Shown here piece after piece: positions 39,990-52,636 of a stretch of 63,861 nt of DNA (positions within the stretch are counted from its first letter, which is position 1; each line of letters starts with the position of its first letter). This DNA comes from Octopus bimaculoides. Taxonomy: Eukaryota. Where the stretch lies: positions 30,944,614 through 31,008,474 of the forward strand of contig NC_069003.1 in the NCBI RefSeq assembly GCF_001194135.2. Reading direction: 5' to 3'. Made by a program: the position numbers and the translations under genes. The notes beneath the pieces were generated by a model, which was given only the letters and a program-made list of their open reading frames with translations, did not search any database and was not told the DNA's origin.

Positions 39990-40325
39990 TGTTTTGAATC
40001 TGGGTTTTGTCCCCGTTAACGGGGGTGGTAGGAACTACCTCAATGCCATAGCAACCGCCCTCACACCATCTTGACATCTTGATCTGTTTTAGGTGTCCTC
40101 CCTTCTCAAGCCAACCCTCCCAATCTCCTCCTTCACCTGACCCCTCCTCATTTTCTTCAATCTCCCTCGCTTTCGCTGTCCATTTACCTCAAACTGTAGC
40201 ACCCTCCTCAGAACATGCTCCTCATCCCTCCTCAACACAAGCTCATACCACCACACTCCATTCGCCCTTGTATAAAGATCTATGGTCATGAACAATGAGC
40301 AATGACTGAAAGTGTACGAGAGCAA
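39925..40325 (-). mobile_element. RTE-clade LINE 3' end with (GAT)n tail
   Basis: Translation GVWWYELVLRRDEEHVLRRVLQFEVNGQRKRGRLKK..., typical WYGHVLRR / RGRP terminus. Confidence 0.8.
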
Positions 40326-40329
40326 AGAT

Positions 40330-40625
40330 AAGTTGTTGAAATGGAGTTTGCCCAAAGGAGTCTGGAGTAATGTTACTTGACAGGGTGCATAGCACAGAGA
40401 TCAGAGAGTCTGACCATGTTGGGCCACTGCTTCCCTGCATTCAAACGTCACAGCTCTGGTACTACAGACATGTGATTAGAATGTTGGACAAAAAAAATCA
40501 CATAGTGGATTCTTCAAGTTAAGCCAACTGACAGGAGACCAAGGGGCTGACCAAGAACGAGATGGTTGGATAATATCCATAGGCTCTGTTAATCATGTTT
40601 GGAAATCCAACAAGAAGGTCTAATG
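40330..40625 (+). mobile_element. Second RTE-like LINE fragment, opposite orientation
   Basis: QLWYYRHVIRM motif; ggattcttcaag...agatggttggat block homologous to 57880-58130. Confidence 0.6.
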
Positions 40626-40678
40626 AGAGTGTACTGGGTGCTTTTGGGAGCCAGTCAGGCGGCACTGGCATTGATATA

Positions 40679-40751
<73 letters not shown>

Positions 40752-41717
40752 TATATATATNNNNNNNNNNNNNNNNNNNNNNNNNNNNNNNNNNNNNNNN
40801 NNNNNNNNNNNNNNNNNNNNNNNNNNNNNNNNNNNNNNNNNNNNNNNNNNNNNNNNNNNNNNNNNNNNNNNNNNNNNNNNNNNNNNNNNNNNNNNNNNNN
40901 NNNNNNNNNNNNNNNNNNNNNNNNNNNNNNNNNNNNNNNNNNNNNNNNNNNNNNNNNNNNNNNNNNNNNNNNNNNNNNNNNNNNNNNNNNNNNNNNNNNN
41001 NNNNNNNNNNNNNNNNNNNNNNNNNNNNNNNNNNNNNNNNNNNNNNNNNNNNNNNNNNNNNNNNNNNNNNNNNNNNNNNNNNNNNNNNNNNNNNNNNNNN
41101 NNNNNNNNNNNNNNNNNNNNNNNNNNNNNNNNNNNNNNNNNNNNNNNNNNNNNNNNNNNNNNNNNNNNNNNNNNNNNNNNNNNNNNNNNNNNNNNNNNNN
41201 NNNNNNNNNNNNNNNNNNNNNNNNNNNNNNNNNNNNNNNNNNNNNNNNNNNNNNNNNNNNNNNNNNNNNNNNNNNNNNNNNNNNNNNNNNNNNNNNNNNN
41301 NNNNNNNNNNNNNNNNNNNNNNNNNNNNNNNNNNNNNNNNNNNNNNNNNNNNNNNNNNNNNNNNNNNNNNNNNNNNNNNNNNNNNNNNNNNNNNNNNNNN
41401 NNNNNNNNNNNNNNNNNNNNNNNNNNNNNNNNNNNNNNNNNNNNNNNNNNNNNNNNNNNNNNNNNNNNNNNNNNNNNNNNNNNNNNNNNNNNNNNNNNNN
41501 NNNNNNNNNNNNNNNNNNNNNNNNNNNNNNNNNNNNNNNNNNNNNNNNNNNNNNNNNNNNNNNNNNNNNNNNNNNNNNNNNNNNNNNNNNNNNNNNNNNN
41601 NNNNNNNNNNNNNNNNNNNNNNNNNNNNNNNNNNNNNNNNNNNNNNNNNNNNNNNNNNNNNNNNNNNNNNNNNNNNNNNNNNNNNNNNNNNNNNNNNNNN
41701 NNNNNNNNNNNNNNNNA

Positions 41718-42018
41718 TATTGGGTTGGCAACTAAGTTCCTGTCGTTTTTTTGAAATTTTGGAATTTATTGTGTTTTTAAATTTTGGAATCTATTTCTTT
41801 CAAGAATTCTATTTTTGAATCATTTTGGAATCTATTTTGTTTTTTTATCTAGTTAATTTCAGTTAATTTTTGTTTATTTTCAGACCATTAAAATGGAATG
41901 TCAAGTTAAGAAAAATGAGCATTTTCGACACCTCCTTCTTTTTGCTTTTAATCAAGGTTCTAAGGCCGCAAAAGCTATTCCCGACGTTTGTGCCATGTAT
42001 GAAGAGGGTGGCATAGCT
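41718..42018 (+). mobile_element. Mariner transposon 5' end: TA, TIR and transposase N-terminus MECQVKKNEHFRHLLLFAFNQGSKAAKAIPDVCAMYEEGGIA
   Basis: TA/TTGGGTTGGCAACTAAGTT TIR-like start; ATG at 41893; EHFRHxLLF is typical of mellifera-type mariner N-termini. Confidence 0.85.
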
Positions 42019-42545
42019 TTTGATCCTAACTGCTTGAAAGCGTCATCATGTACACATTTTGTCTTGGTATAAAAGATGAGCTACAGCAAATATTCTGCCC
42101 AATATCTGAGATTTGCTCTTCAGTTGTTTGAACTTAACCAGTTGAGCATATCACTTAGTGGCTGACGATATGTGTATCTCTGATCATAAGCAGAAGTAAT
42201 TGAGAAGTGTTGAGAGGAATTCTTTGGAGTTTGAATAATTCACCTCTGGAAACATGAGTGTTTTGTTCGTCATCCTTAAACAAACTTTATTCAGGGACCT
42301 TTTGAGCAGGATGAGCTTCTTGACCTAAGAAAATTCTAACTGGGCCCCACCTGCAAAGTCATGCACTGTTTATCTTCATATGAGACCGCCATGTCATGCA
42401 CATGTGGTTGTGATGCATGTACACAGTGTGCCCTTATCAGATGGGTAGTTGTGATGTGTATATTGGGCTTTGCATAATTGTACCCCAGTGTCACTTTGAT
42501 GACATGCATTGCTCTCTCACTCAACAACAACAACAATAATAATAA
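42019..42545 (+). mobile_element. Family D copy abutting the truncated mariner ORF
   Basis: Colinear with 20610-21045; begins where transposase similarity stops. Confidence 0.75.
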
Positions 42546-43249
42546 TGGTTTCAAATTTTGACACAATGCCAGCAATTTCAAGGCAGTGGGTAAGATGATT
42601 ACATCAACCCAGTACTCAACTGGTACTTATCTTCTTGACCCTGAAAGGATGAAAGATAAAGTCAACCACAGCAGAAAATGCTACAAAATATTCTGTGTTG
42701 TGTGCTAACAATTCAGCTTTTTTGTCGCCTGAGTAGAGAAATTAATAATTTTGATAAATTGTGATGGCTGCTTTACAAGTGAGTAATTGATTTTGATGTT
42801 TGATACAAATCTAATAATAAAATAGAGAAAAATGAATTGTGAAGAGTGAAATATTAACATAAGAAATATTTCTTTAAAGTACATCAGATGAATTACATTT
42901 CTCTAATATCAACAATTTCGAAGGTGATTTTAAAAAATGTCAAATTGTTATCGGCAGAAAACAACATTTTCAGCTGTTATCGTCAGACAAAACAATGACA
43001 TTTCATGTAAGTGATCAAAAATTATCATGAAAGTAACTGAAGGGGTTTTAACAGACATAAGGATATTAGCATTCAATGCAATGTTGTTTCTTTTTTGTGT
43101 GTGTGTGTTATCAAATACTGGTACCCATATACGCGCACACTCGTACACACGTAAATGCATGCATATGCATACATATTGCATCTACATGTGTATGTGTGTA
43201 TGTGCGCATGTTAAATGTTTGTGTGTGTGTGTGTTTATATATATATGTA

Positions 43250-43310
<61 letters not shown>

Positions 43311-43550
43311 NNNNNNNNNNNNNNNNNNNNNNNNNNNNNNNNNNNNNNNNNNNNNNNNNNNNNNNNNNNNNNNNNNNNNNNNNNNNNNNNNNNNNNNNNN
43401 NNNNNNNNNNNNNNNNNNNNNNNNNNNNNNNNNNNNNNNNNNNNNNNNNNNNNNNNNNNNNNNNNNNNNNNNNNNNNNNNNNNNNNNNNNNNNNNNNNNN
43501 NNNNNNNNNNNNNNNNNNNNNNNNNNNNNNNNNNNNNNNNNNNNNNNNNN

Positions 43551-43591
<41 letters not shown>

Positions 43592-44305
43592 GTATGTATA
43601 TATATATACATAAGCACAGGCAAGGCTGTGTGGTTAGGAAGCAAAGGTTCTGGGTTCAGTCCCACTGCATGGCAACTTGGGCAAGTGTCTTCTGCTATAA
43701 ACTCAAGCTGACTGAAGCCTTATGATTAAATTTGGAAGGCCAGTCAGGCGGTTCTGGCAACGACCACGCTCAAAAGGTGTTTTTATGTGCTACCTGCACG
43801 GGAGCCAGTCCGGCAGCACCAGCAACAACTATACTCAAATGTTGTTTTTCACGTGCCACTGGCATATATATGTATAAATTATAAGATGCATATATGTGTG
43901 TGTATATGTATATATGGATAAATACACAAATACATATGTATATATGTGTGAATATATGAAAATATTAGATACAAATCTACACATCATTATTTTAATCATC
44001 ACTGCTTAGCGAGCTTTCAGTTAATTATTTTCAGCTTGATAAAGCTTTGTACACACCAGCAGTTTTATTATTTGCTGTTTACATATAAGAATGGCAGTTC
44101 TTAATTCCTGTATTTAGCAATTCTTATGTGCTGCTTTTCATTTTATGTTTTTATTACTTCGAACTTGACTTCAGCAGAATCCCTGACATCTTATCAAATG
44201 TGTGAATTATACAGGTATAATTATACAAAACAAAACCGATAGAAACAAGACGTGCTAGTGTTTTTGTGCATATGAATAACAATTGTAAATATTCATTTCA
44301 AATAC

Positions 44306-44390
44306 CTGTATTAGCAAAGACAGTGGCAACATCAAGTTTGAAACTCCCCAAAGGCTTGTTGGACCTGAGAAGTCTGCCGGCTTGACATAC
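44306..44390 (-). CDS. OTOF: Otoferlin-like ferlin, most 5' exon found (85 nt, phase 0-1), C2B: VCQAGRLLRSNKPLGSFKLDVATVFANT
   Basis: Acceptor ctctctcag, donor gtattt. Peptide resembles human otoferlin [28 protein letters not shown] (from memory). The last G joins AT of the next exon to give Asp in frame. Not called in this frame by the ORF track. Confidence 0.9.
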
Positions 44391-44509
44391 CTGAGAGAGG
44401 AAAAAGAAGAAAAAAAATAGAAAATGAAAAGCAAACATGCAGAGAACAGGAAGAAAATGGTAACTGAAACCAATGTTATTTTATATACAACTGAAAGAGA
44501 ATAGAGGCA

Positions 44510-44928
44510 ATAATAATAATAATAATAATGATAACAATAATAATAATAATAGTAGTAGTAATGATTTCTTTATTAGCCACAAGGGTTTACATTAATAAAA
44601 ACATTAAGGACAGTACAGGACAAAACAAAGAATGTGTGTGTGTGTGTGTGTGTTGTTAGGGTTTTGCATGTAAAAAAGACTAACATAATGTAAAAAAAAA
44701 ATCAATTCAACAATGTGTGATCCTCAGTAGGAAGGAGACATTCAAGGGCTGCTCGTGGAAAAACCCCATAAAAACCACAGGCACCCTGACTTTTGGGGTA
44801 GGTGCTTCTTTTCTTTTCCTTTTCTCCAACTATAGGTGTATGCTCAGGGTAGGCTCGTCCAGTTGCACCATTCTCACCGCTTTTATCCACCTTTCAGCAA
44901 ACTAGCCAGAAGACAACATTTCCCTCTC

Positions 44929-44930
<2 letters not shown>
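44510..44930 (-). mobile_element. Probable LINE 3' end / UTR (clade uncertain, possibly L1-Tx1-like)
   Basis: Minus strand ends GCTAATAAAGAAAT followed by a (TAC/TAT)n tail; FAERWIKAVRM remnant. A similar AATAAA-ending piece lies near 21240-21530. Confidence 0.4.
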
Positions 44931-44971
<41 letters not shown>

Positions 44972-45059
44972 TAATAATAATTTTGAGTGTCTTCCATAAG
45001 TTAACATCCAAGTACGGAATCAACTAGAGCAAGTAAAGACCGGGAAAACTGAGAAGTAA

Positions 45060-45092
<33 letters not shown>

Positions 45093-45519
45093 TCTTCAAG
45101 GCATTGCCCCAGCATGGCCACAAAAGAATGTAATGAAACAAATAAAACAAAAAAAGAATATTTAGTATTCCACACATTAATCTTCCAACATGTTTTCATA
45201 GTAACATTCAAACATATAAATAACGATGTTTTTCGTTTTCTTCATTTTGTGTTTGTGAAACCAAACGAGGAGTATAAATAGTTTGGAAAATGCAAATTAC
45301 TTTAACCATAATTCAAATGTTTGATCTTAATTAATTTTTTTTTATTCTGTTATGTTCCAAACTCTATTTTCAATTGATGCAATTTCTGGCTGTCTACATG
45401 TGTTATGTTCTTAATATTTAATGCAAAGTGATTTGCTGGAGTTAGAATGCTAAATCAATAACACCACCTTGTGGTACAGACATTAGTCAATACTGAGGAT
45501 GTACACACTATTTTCATAA

Positions 45520-45530
45520 TCTATCTATCC

Positions 45531-45561
<31 letters not shown>

Positions 45562-45855
45562 TGTATGTATGTATGTATGTATGTATGAATGAATGTATGT
45601 ATGTATGTATGTATGCACGTATGTATGAATGTATCTATCTATCTATCTATCTCTCTATCTATCTATCTATCCAACTGTTTGCCTATGTATGTATGTATCT
45701 ATCTATCTATCTATCTATCCATTTGTCTGTCAGTCTATCTATCTATCTATCTACCTACTTACTTACTTACCTACCTACCTACCTACCTACCTATTCTATC
45801 TATCTATCTACCTACTTACTTACTTACCTACCTACCTACCTACCTACCTACCTAT

Positions 45856-45886
<31 letters not shown>

Positions 45887-46180
45887 GTCTGCCTGTCTTT
45901 CTGTCCGTTTGTCTGTCTGTCTTTCTGTCTGTCTATCCATCTGGCTACCTGTCTGTCTGTTTCTATCTACATATCTATCAGTCTTCCTCTCTGCTTGTCG
46001 GCCTGTCTATCTCTCCGTCTCTCACTCTTGCTCTCTATCTGTCTCTCTGTTTGTCAGTCTGTTTCTCTATCTATCTACCCATCTTTCTATCTACCTACCT
46101 ATCTGTCTCTCTCTATCTATCTATTTGTCAATTTCTCTCTTTCTCTCTCTCTCTCTCTTTCTCTATCTATCTATCTTATC
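45520..46180. repeat. Compound tetranucleotide tract (TATG)n-(TATC)n-(TACC/TACT)n-(TGTC)n-(TC)n
   Basis: Direct reading; source of the 200-280 aa YLSI/LPTY ORFs. Confidence 0.95.
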
Positions 46181-46591
46181 CACCTTTCTAGTAATACCTC
46201 ACACATTATGTCATTACGACAGAAAAACCTATTACAACAAATTAAACATTCTCATACTCCATTGCACCAGTCTTTTATTGTCTTTCACAGCCTCTCCTAC
46301 AAACAACATTTAACCACAGACATTCTGTCCTATCTTATAAACCATTTTCAATGAAATCCTTATAAAAATTTGGAGACACTTAGCACCTAAACTGTGCAAG
46401 ACATTAAACACACAAAAGATGCAATTTGAAGATCTAAATTATTGCTGGATATCATAATCAGAAATTTAGTCAAGTATTCACTCTAACTATAAAATCTAAT
46501 TTCTCAAAACTTTCCATAGTATGAAAGTTAAACAAGTTATTGTGAATACAATTTAGTTTGATCAATGATCACCGTCAGATGTAATATTTAT

Positions 46592-47285
46592 GGATGGCTG
46601 TGAGGTAAAATGGAGGCGCAATGGCCCAGTGGTTAGGGCAGCGGACTCACGGTCGGAGGGTCGCGGTTTCGATTCCCGGACTGGGCATTGTGTGTGTTTA
46701 TTGAGCAAAACACCTAAGCTCCACAAGGCTCCGGCAGGGTGTGGTGGCGACCCCTGTTGTACTCTTTTGCCCCAACTTTCTCTCACTCTTTCTTCCTGTT
46801 TCTTGAGTAATGCTGCGATGGACTAGCGTCCCGTCCAGCTGGGTGCGGTGGAACACATACGCCATAGAAACTGGGAAACCGGGCCCATGAGCCTGGCTAG
46901 GCTTTGAAAGGGCAAAAAAAAAAAAAGTGAGGTAAAATGCTTGCTTCCAGATCACTTGGTTCTAGGTTCAGTCCCACTGTGTGGCACATTGGGCAAGTGT
47001 CTTCTACTATAGCCTTGAGCCAACCAAAGCCTTGTTGGTGGATTTGATAAATGGAAACGGAAAGAAGTCCATTGTATATTTGTATATCTATATGTATGTG
47101 TCTGTTTGTCCTCCACCATTACTTGACAACCGGTGTTGGTATATTTACATCCCCAAAACTTAGCAGTTCTGCAAAAGAGCCTGATAGAATAAGCATCAGG
47201 CTTAAAAGAAAAGATAAGAACTGGCTAAAAATTCTTCAAGGCAGTGCCCCAGCATGGCCACAGTCTAAAGAGCAAAACAAATAAA
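46592..47285 (+). mobile_element. SINE family A copy interrupted by the young SINE
   Basis: Removing the insert restores ggctgtgaggtaaaatgcttgcttcc...ggttcagtcccactg, matching the head of the copy at 38741. Confidence 0.85.
46613..46926 (+). mobile_element. Young full-length tRNA-derived SINE with A-tail and 13-bp TSD; 3' half resembles the Meta domain
   Basis: A-box TGGCCCAGTGG, B-box-like GGTTTCGATTCC, CTGCGATGGACTAGCGTCCCGTCCAG core, poly-A, flanked by GTGAGGTAAAATG at 46600-46612 and 46927-46939. Confidence 0.9.
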
Positions 47286-47657
47286 ATATGTGAGGGTGCA
47301 TGACCAAGTGTATAGGGTGTGAGATTGTGAGATTGTGGGTTCAATTCCTGGACTGGGTGGTGCATTGTGTTCTTGAGCAAAACACTTGATCTTATGTTGC
47401 TCTGTAATCAGTTTGACACCTGATGTGTGGCACACCTGATGTGTGGCACACCTGTGTACCTGTACAGGTAATGTCAATTTGATGGAGGGAGTGATGGTGT
47501 ACCTGTGGCTAAGACACTTTAGTGCTAGGTCTTTCATCAAAAACCTTCATCATCATCATCATCATCAGTAAATGTCCGTTTTCCATGCTGGCATGGGTTG
47601 GACAATAATTCCACCGATTCACCAGACTGGGTTCAGTTTTGAACCTGAAAGGAATGG

Positions 47658-47695
<38 letters not shown>

Positions 47696-48365
47696 CACAA
47701 ACTCACATATACAATGGGCTTCTTTCAGTTTCTATCTACCAAATCCATACACAAGGCTTTGGTTAGCCTGGAGCTAACCAAAGTAGAAGATACTTGTTCA
47801 AGGTACCACGCACTGGAACTGAACATTGAAACCATGTGTTTGAGAATCAAACTTCTTACCACACAGCCATGTCTGCTCCAAAATGTTACTAATCACGTCT
47901 CTGTCTATTTTCAAAGTGACACTGTGACATTGTACTTATAATTTCGTTACAACATTTATAATTAAATAACAATTAAGCTATTAACCTATGAGTAACTTTC
48001 AAAAGAAGGCTAATGAAATTATTGGAAATTTTGGAGACACTTAGAACAGTTCCATATTAATGAAGACAATATTGTTAGAAAGACATTATAAATTTTAAAA
48101 TAACTTGAAACAAAATTATTCAACCAGAACAAACTTCATTTTATTTCATGAAAAGGTTAGAAACAAAGATAATTCCTTGCTCATGTTAACAATGGCATGA
48201 AGCATATGTGGGTGTGTAAGTTTATGTGTATGTCAGTGTGTGTGTGTGTGTGCATGTATATGTATATTTGTGTGTATACATACATATGCACACACAAACT
48301 CATATGTATGTATGTTTGTGTATCCTTCTATGTGTCTCTGTATGTATGTATATTGTTTTTTTTAT

Positions 48366-48758
48366 TCTTTAATTCTTTTACTTGTTTCAGTCATTTGACT
48401 GTGGCCATGTTGGAGCACTGTCTTTAGTCGAACAAATCGACCCCAAGACTTATTCTTTGCAAGCCTAGTACTTATTCCATCGGTCTCTTTTGCCAAACCG
48501 CTAAGTTACGGGGACGTAAACACACCACCATCGGTTGTCAAGCGATGTTGGGGTGACAAACACAGGCACACAAATACACATATATATACACATATATACA
48601 ACGGGCTTCTTTCAGTTTCTGTCTACCAAATCCACTCACAAGGTTTTGGTCGGCCCAAGGCTATAGTAGAAGACACTTGCCCAGGGTGCCATGCGGTAGG
48701 ACTGAACCTGGAACCATGTGGCTGGTAAGCAAGCTACTACTTACCACACAGCCACTCC
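48366..48758 (-). mobile_element. Full-length SINE family A
   Basis: Reverse complement of the 38741-39139 copy over its whole length. Confidence 0.9.
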
Positions 48759-49447
48759 TTGTCTCCAAGACCCTCCCAAGAATGAGTGGGTGAAGAAGAT
48801 GGAGTGAGATTGAGATGAAGTAGACAATATGCCCACTATTTCTGTAGATTGGTAGAGAAAAAGAGACAGAGAGAGAGAGAAAGAGAAGGAGAGAATGAAA
48901 GAGAGAGAGAGAGAAAGAAAAAGTAAGAGATAGAGGAGAGAAAAAGAGAGAGAGAGAGAGAAATTCATGCAGTCTCCATTCACATCACTGACCTTCACCA
49001 GCATTGTTGGTTTCTCTTACACACATCAGCAGGTCCTTTTTATTCCCAGCTGTCATACACACACTTGCGCATTGCCTTTCATACAAGATTAATATAACCC
49101 ACCGATCAGATCATTCCTCTCAACACAGTGCAACCAGGCAATAATATCTCTTTTATTAAATCATTATGGAGACACAAGGTTTTTAAACTATTTATTTCGA
49201 ATGTTATCCATATATTTCTTTGTTACGAATAAATTCTTTGTACATACAATGAAATCATACAAGCATATTTCTAGCTCTCAGTTCCGATAACATATATGAA
49301 CTACACTAAGTGCAGGCAAAACCCTGCCAAAATTGACAGTGAAGACTTGTGCAGTCTTCTGCCAAGTCAGCCCTTGTTAAACTGTCCAACCCATGCCAGC
49401 ATGGAAGATGGACATTAAATGATGATGAATGATAATAGTGATGATGA

Positions 49448-49487
<40 letters not shown>

Positions 49488-50450
49488 GTATATACATGGT
49501 GGGTTTCTTTCAGTTTCCATCTGCCTTATCCACTCACAAGGTTTTGATAGAGCTAAGGCTAAATTAGAAGACAGTTGCCCCAAGGTGCCATGCAGTGAGA
49601 GTGAACTGAACCCAAGATCACATGGTTGGGAAGCAAACTTCTTAACCACACAGCCACGCCACGCCTGCCGAAGAATATTTGTTTAATATTGAATTTAAAG
49701 CTCTTATATCATTTTCATAACAATAACAAGTTTTAGTTTGAATCTGTTGGAAAGAAATAACATTGGTTGGTTGGTCGAAATGTGATTTGAAAGAGAAAAT
49801 GAAAAAAATATAATTTCAGACTTTTGCAAATAACAGTTATTAATAACGCAGACAAAGATTCTATAACAATTGTGTTATTTCCTAAGCTACCAAATTAATA
49901 ATATTTAGACTGTGACAGATACTTTTACAGTAAATAGACAATTTATACAACAATAAAAATTCGGAAAAAAATATAAAAATAAAGAAACAAATTTTTTTCC
50001 TTTGATATTTTCAAAAATAAATTATATAAATTCAAAACTGAAATAAAAGAGAAAAAAAACTTAATTTCATCTCTTGTTCAAATTTACATTTGAATTGAAA
50101 AACTAGTGTGAATTGTAAAAGAACATTTTGCCTATTATACGATTTTTGACAATTTTCTCAGCAATTGATGATTTAAAATTTATAACTTGCCGTATTTTTA
50201 CATCATTTTATTTGGATTACAGAGAAAGGAGAATCAAAAGACATTTGTTCTGCAGCTACTGAATGCATTTTGATTCAAAGCCAAGAAGTTAACCACACAA
50301 TTCAAGGATTACTATGGCTTCAGAACAAGGAAACACATTTAGATATAACAAATGAAAGTGTCGAAAAATGCTACAGCTAGGAAGAGATAGAACTGTGCTA
50401 TACAAAACCTCTTTATCTAAACCTCAAGATTTCCTTGAACTACATTTTAA

Positions 50451-50718
50451 TGTAGTAAAGATTGTTTGCCAACATAACATAGCTGGCCTGGTTTAGGACT
50501 AATGTTGCTGTAATTTAACCCCAGGAGACACTGTCTCCAGCTGGCTATATGACACGATCTGTGTCCTTATATTTACGAAGAAAAAAAAGAAAAAATATAT
50601 AAGGACACAGATCATGTCGTATTGCCAGCTGGAGACGATGTCTCCTCGGGTTAAATTACAGTAACATTAGTCCTAAACCAGGACTGCCATGTTATGTTGG
50701 CAAACAATCTTTACTACA
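50451..50718. repeat. Long inverted repeat: 122-bp arms, 24-nt A-rich loop
   Basis: Manual alignment of 50451-50572 with the reverse complement of 50597-50718: 10 mismatches, no indels. Confidence 0.95.
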
Positions 50719-51997
50719 AAGTACTGTTGCTGAATATCTCACGTTGTGAGATTTAAAAATAGTAATTTTCAACATTTTAATTTTGATCGAGAACATTTTT
50801 CCCTTTTGTTACCAGCACACCTAATAGCATCTCAACTTCTAATGATACAAAATCCTCAAAGTTTGGAATCTTTTATCTATTGCCTTTTATCTTTTACTTG
50901 TTTCAGTCATTAGACTCTTGCCATGCTGGGGCAGTACCGTGAAGAAGTTTAACCGGACAAATCAATTCCAGTACTTATTATATTGGTCTTTTTGCCAAAC
51001 TGCTATGTTATGGGGATGTAAACACTCCAGCACTGTGAAGCTTAGGTGTTTTGCTCATAAACACACACTGCCCAGTCTGAGTTTTGAACCCATGATCCCT
51101 TGACTGCAAGTCAGCTGCTCTAACCACTAGGCCATGTGCCTCCACAAACACATTGCACTATCTATGTATAACACTACAAACTTAAAACCCCGATGATGGA
51201 ACAGAACATGTGACATGCCCGATGTTGAATCCAATCCAAGCAAAACTTGTAAGCAACAGATGATGATGATAAAGGTAGAATGCCAACAATTATGGCAATG
51301 ATGCTGAAACTGCTGCTGCTGCTGCTGATGGTGAAGAAACATCAGACAACGATGTTTATAATGCCAGAATATAGAAAGCCTGAAGCTACTTACTGGAATT
51401 CAAAAATCAAATTCTTAGGCTGGTTGTAGCGCTAAAAATAGAGTTAGTTAATTGAATTTTTACCTTTTACACAAGAATGCAGAAAGTTAGGTCGATATAG
51501 CGGAGAGACAAATACCTGAGAGATGAAAATACAATCCAGAAGAGATGAATGAAATGATTGAAGAGTATTTTGTAAGTACCAAAGTAAAGATGCTGACATA
51601 ACAAGTGCCACCTCTAAAATTGTAAAATGTAAATTAGTCTGACTAACAAACAATTAGGGACATATTGTGAGTATGTGTGTGTGTGTGTGTGCGTGTGTGT
51701 GTGGGTACGTGTGTGTGTGTGTGTATTATCATCATCATCATCATAACTACCATCACCACCACTACTGCCACCATCATCATTAAAAAGTCCACTTTCCATG
51801 CTTGCATGATTCAGGCGGAGTTTGTTGTGGCAGATTTCTTACAGTCAGCTATCCTTCTTGTCATCAACCTCAGTCTTCCCCTTTTCCCTAATAAATTTTA
51901 TGTTTGCCAATGTCCCAGACATATTCTTGCAGAATATTGGAAATGAATGACACTGCCTGTCTGACAATGACATTCATTTACAACTGTCACACAATAT

Positions 51998-52040
<43 letters not shown>

Positions 52041-52376
52041 CGGGCTTCTTTCAGTTTCTGTCTACCAAATCCACTCACAAGGCTTTGTTCGACCTGAGTC
52101 TATAGTAGAAGANNNNNNNNNNNNNNNNNNNNNNNNNNNNNNNNNNNNNNNNNNNNNNNNNNNNNNNNNNNNNNNNNNNNNNNNNNNNNNNNNNNNNNNN
52201 NNNNNNNNNNNNNNNNNNNNNNNNNNNNNNNNNNNNNNNNNNNNNNNNNNNNNNNNNNNNNNNNNNNNNNNNNNNNNNNNNNNNNNNNNNNNNNNNNNNN
52301 NNNNNNNNNNNNNNNNNNNNNNNNNNNNNNNNNNNNNNNNNNNNNNNNNNNNNNNNNNNNNNNNNNNNNNNNNNNN

Positions 52377-52600
52377 GCTTGTGCGGGTGGCACATAAAAG
52401 ACACCATTTCGAGCGTGGCCGTTTTCGTGCGGGTGACACGTAAAAGCACCCACTACACTCTCTGAGTGGTTGGCGTTAGGAAGGGCATCCAGCTGTAGAA
52501 ACTCTGCCAAATCAGACTGGAGCCTGGTGTTGCCATCCGGTTTCACCAGTCCTCAGTCAAATCGTCCAACCCATGCTAGCATGGAAAGCGGACGTTAAAC

Positions 52601-52635
<35 letters not shown>
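52377..52635 (+). mobile_element. Family B repeat, low divergence
   Basis: Near-identical to 32760-32943; (GAT)n tail. Confidence 0.85.

Positions 52636-52636
<1 letters not shown>

Noticed and set aside
46613-46690. tRNA-like sequence with A and B boxes
   Set aside because: It is a SINE head that continues into SINE body, A-tail and TSD; not a tRNA gene.
50222-50380. Plus-strand 52-codon frame after ttggattacag (EKGESKDICSAATEC...)
   Set aside because: No homology recognised and no partner exons; an antisense gene is unsupported.
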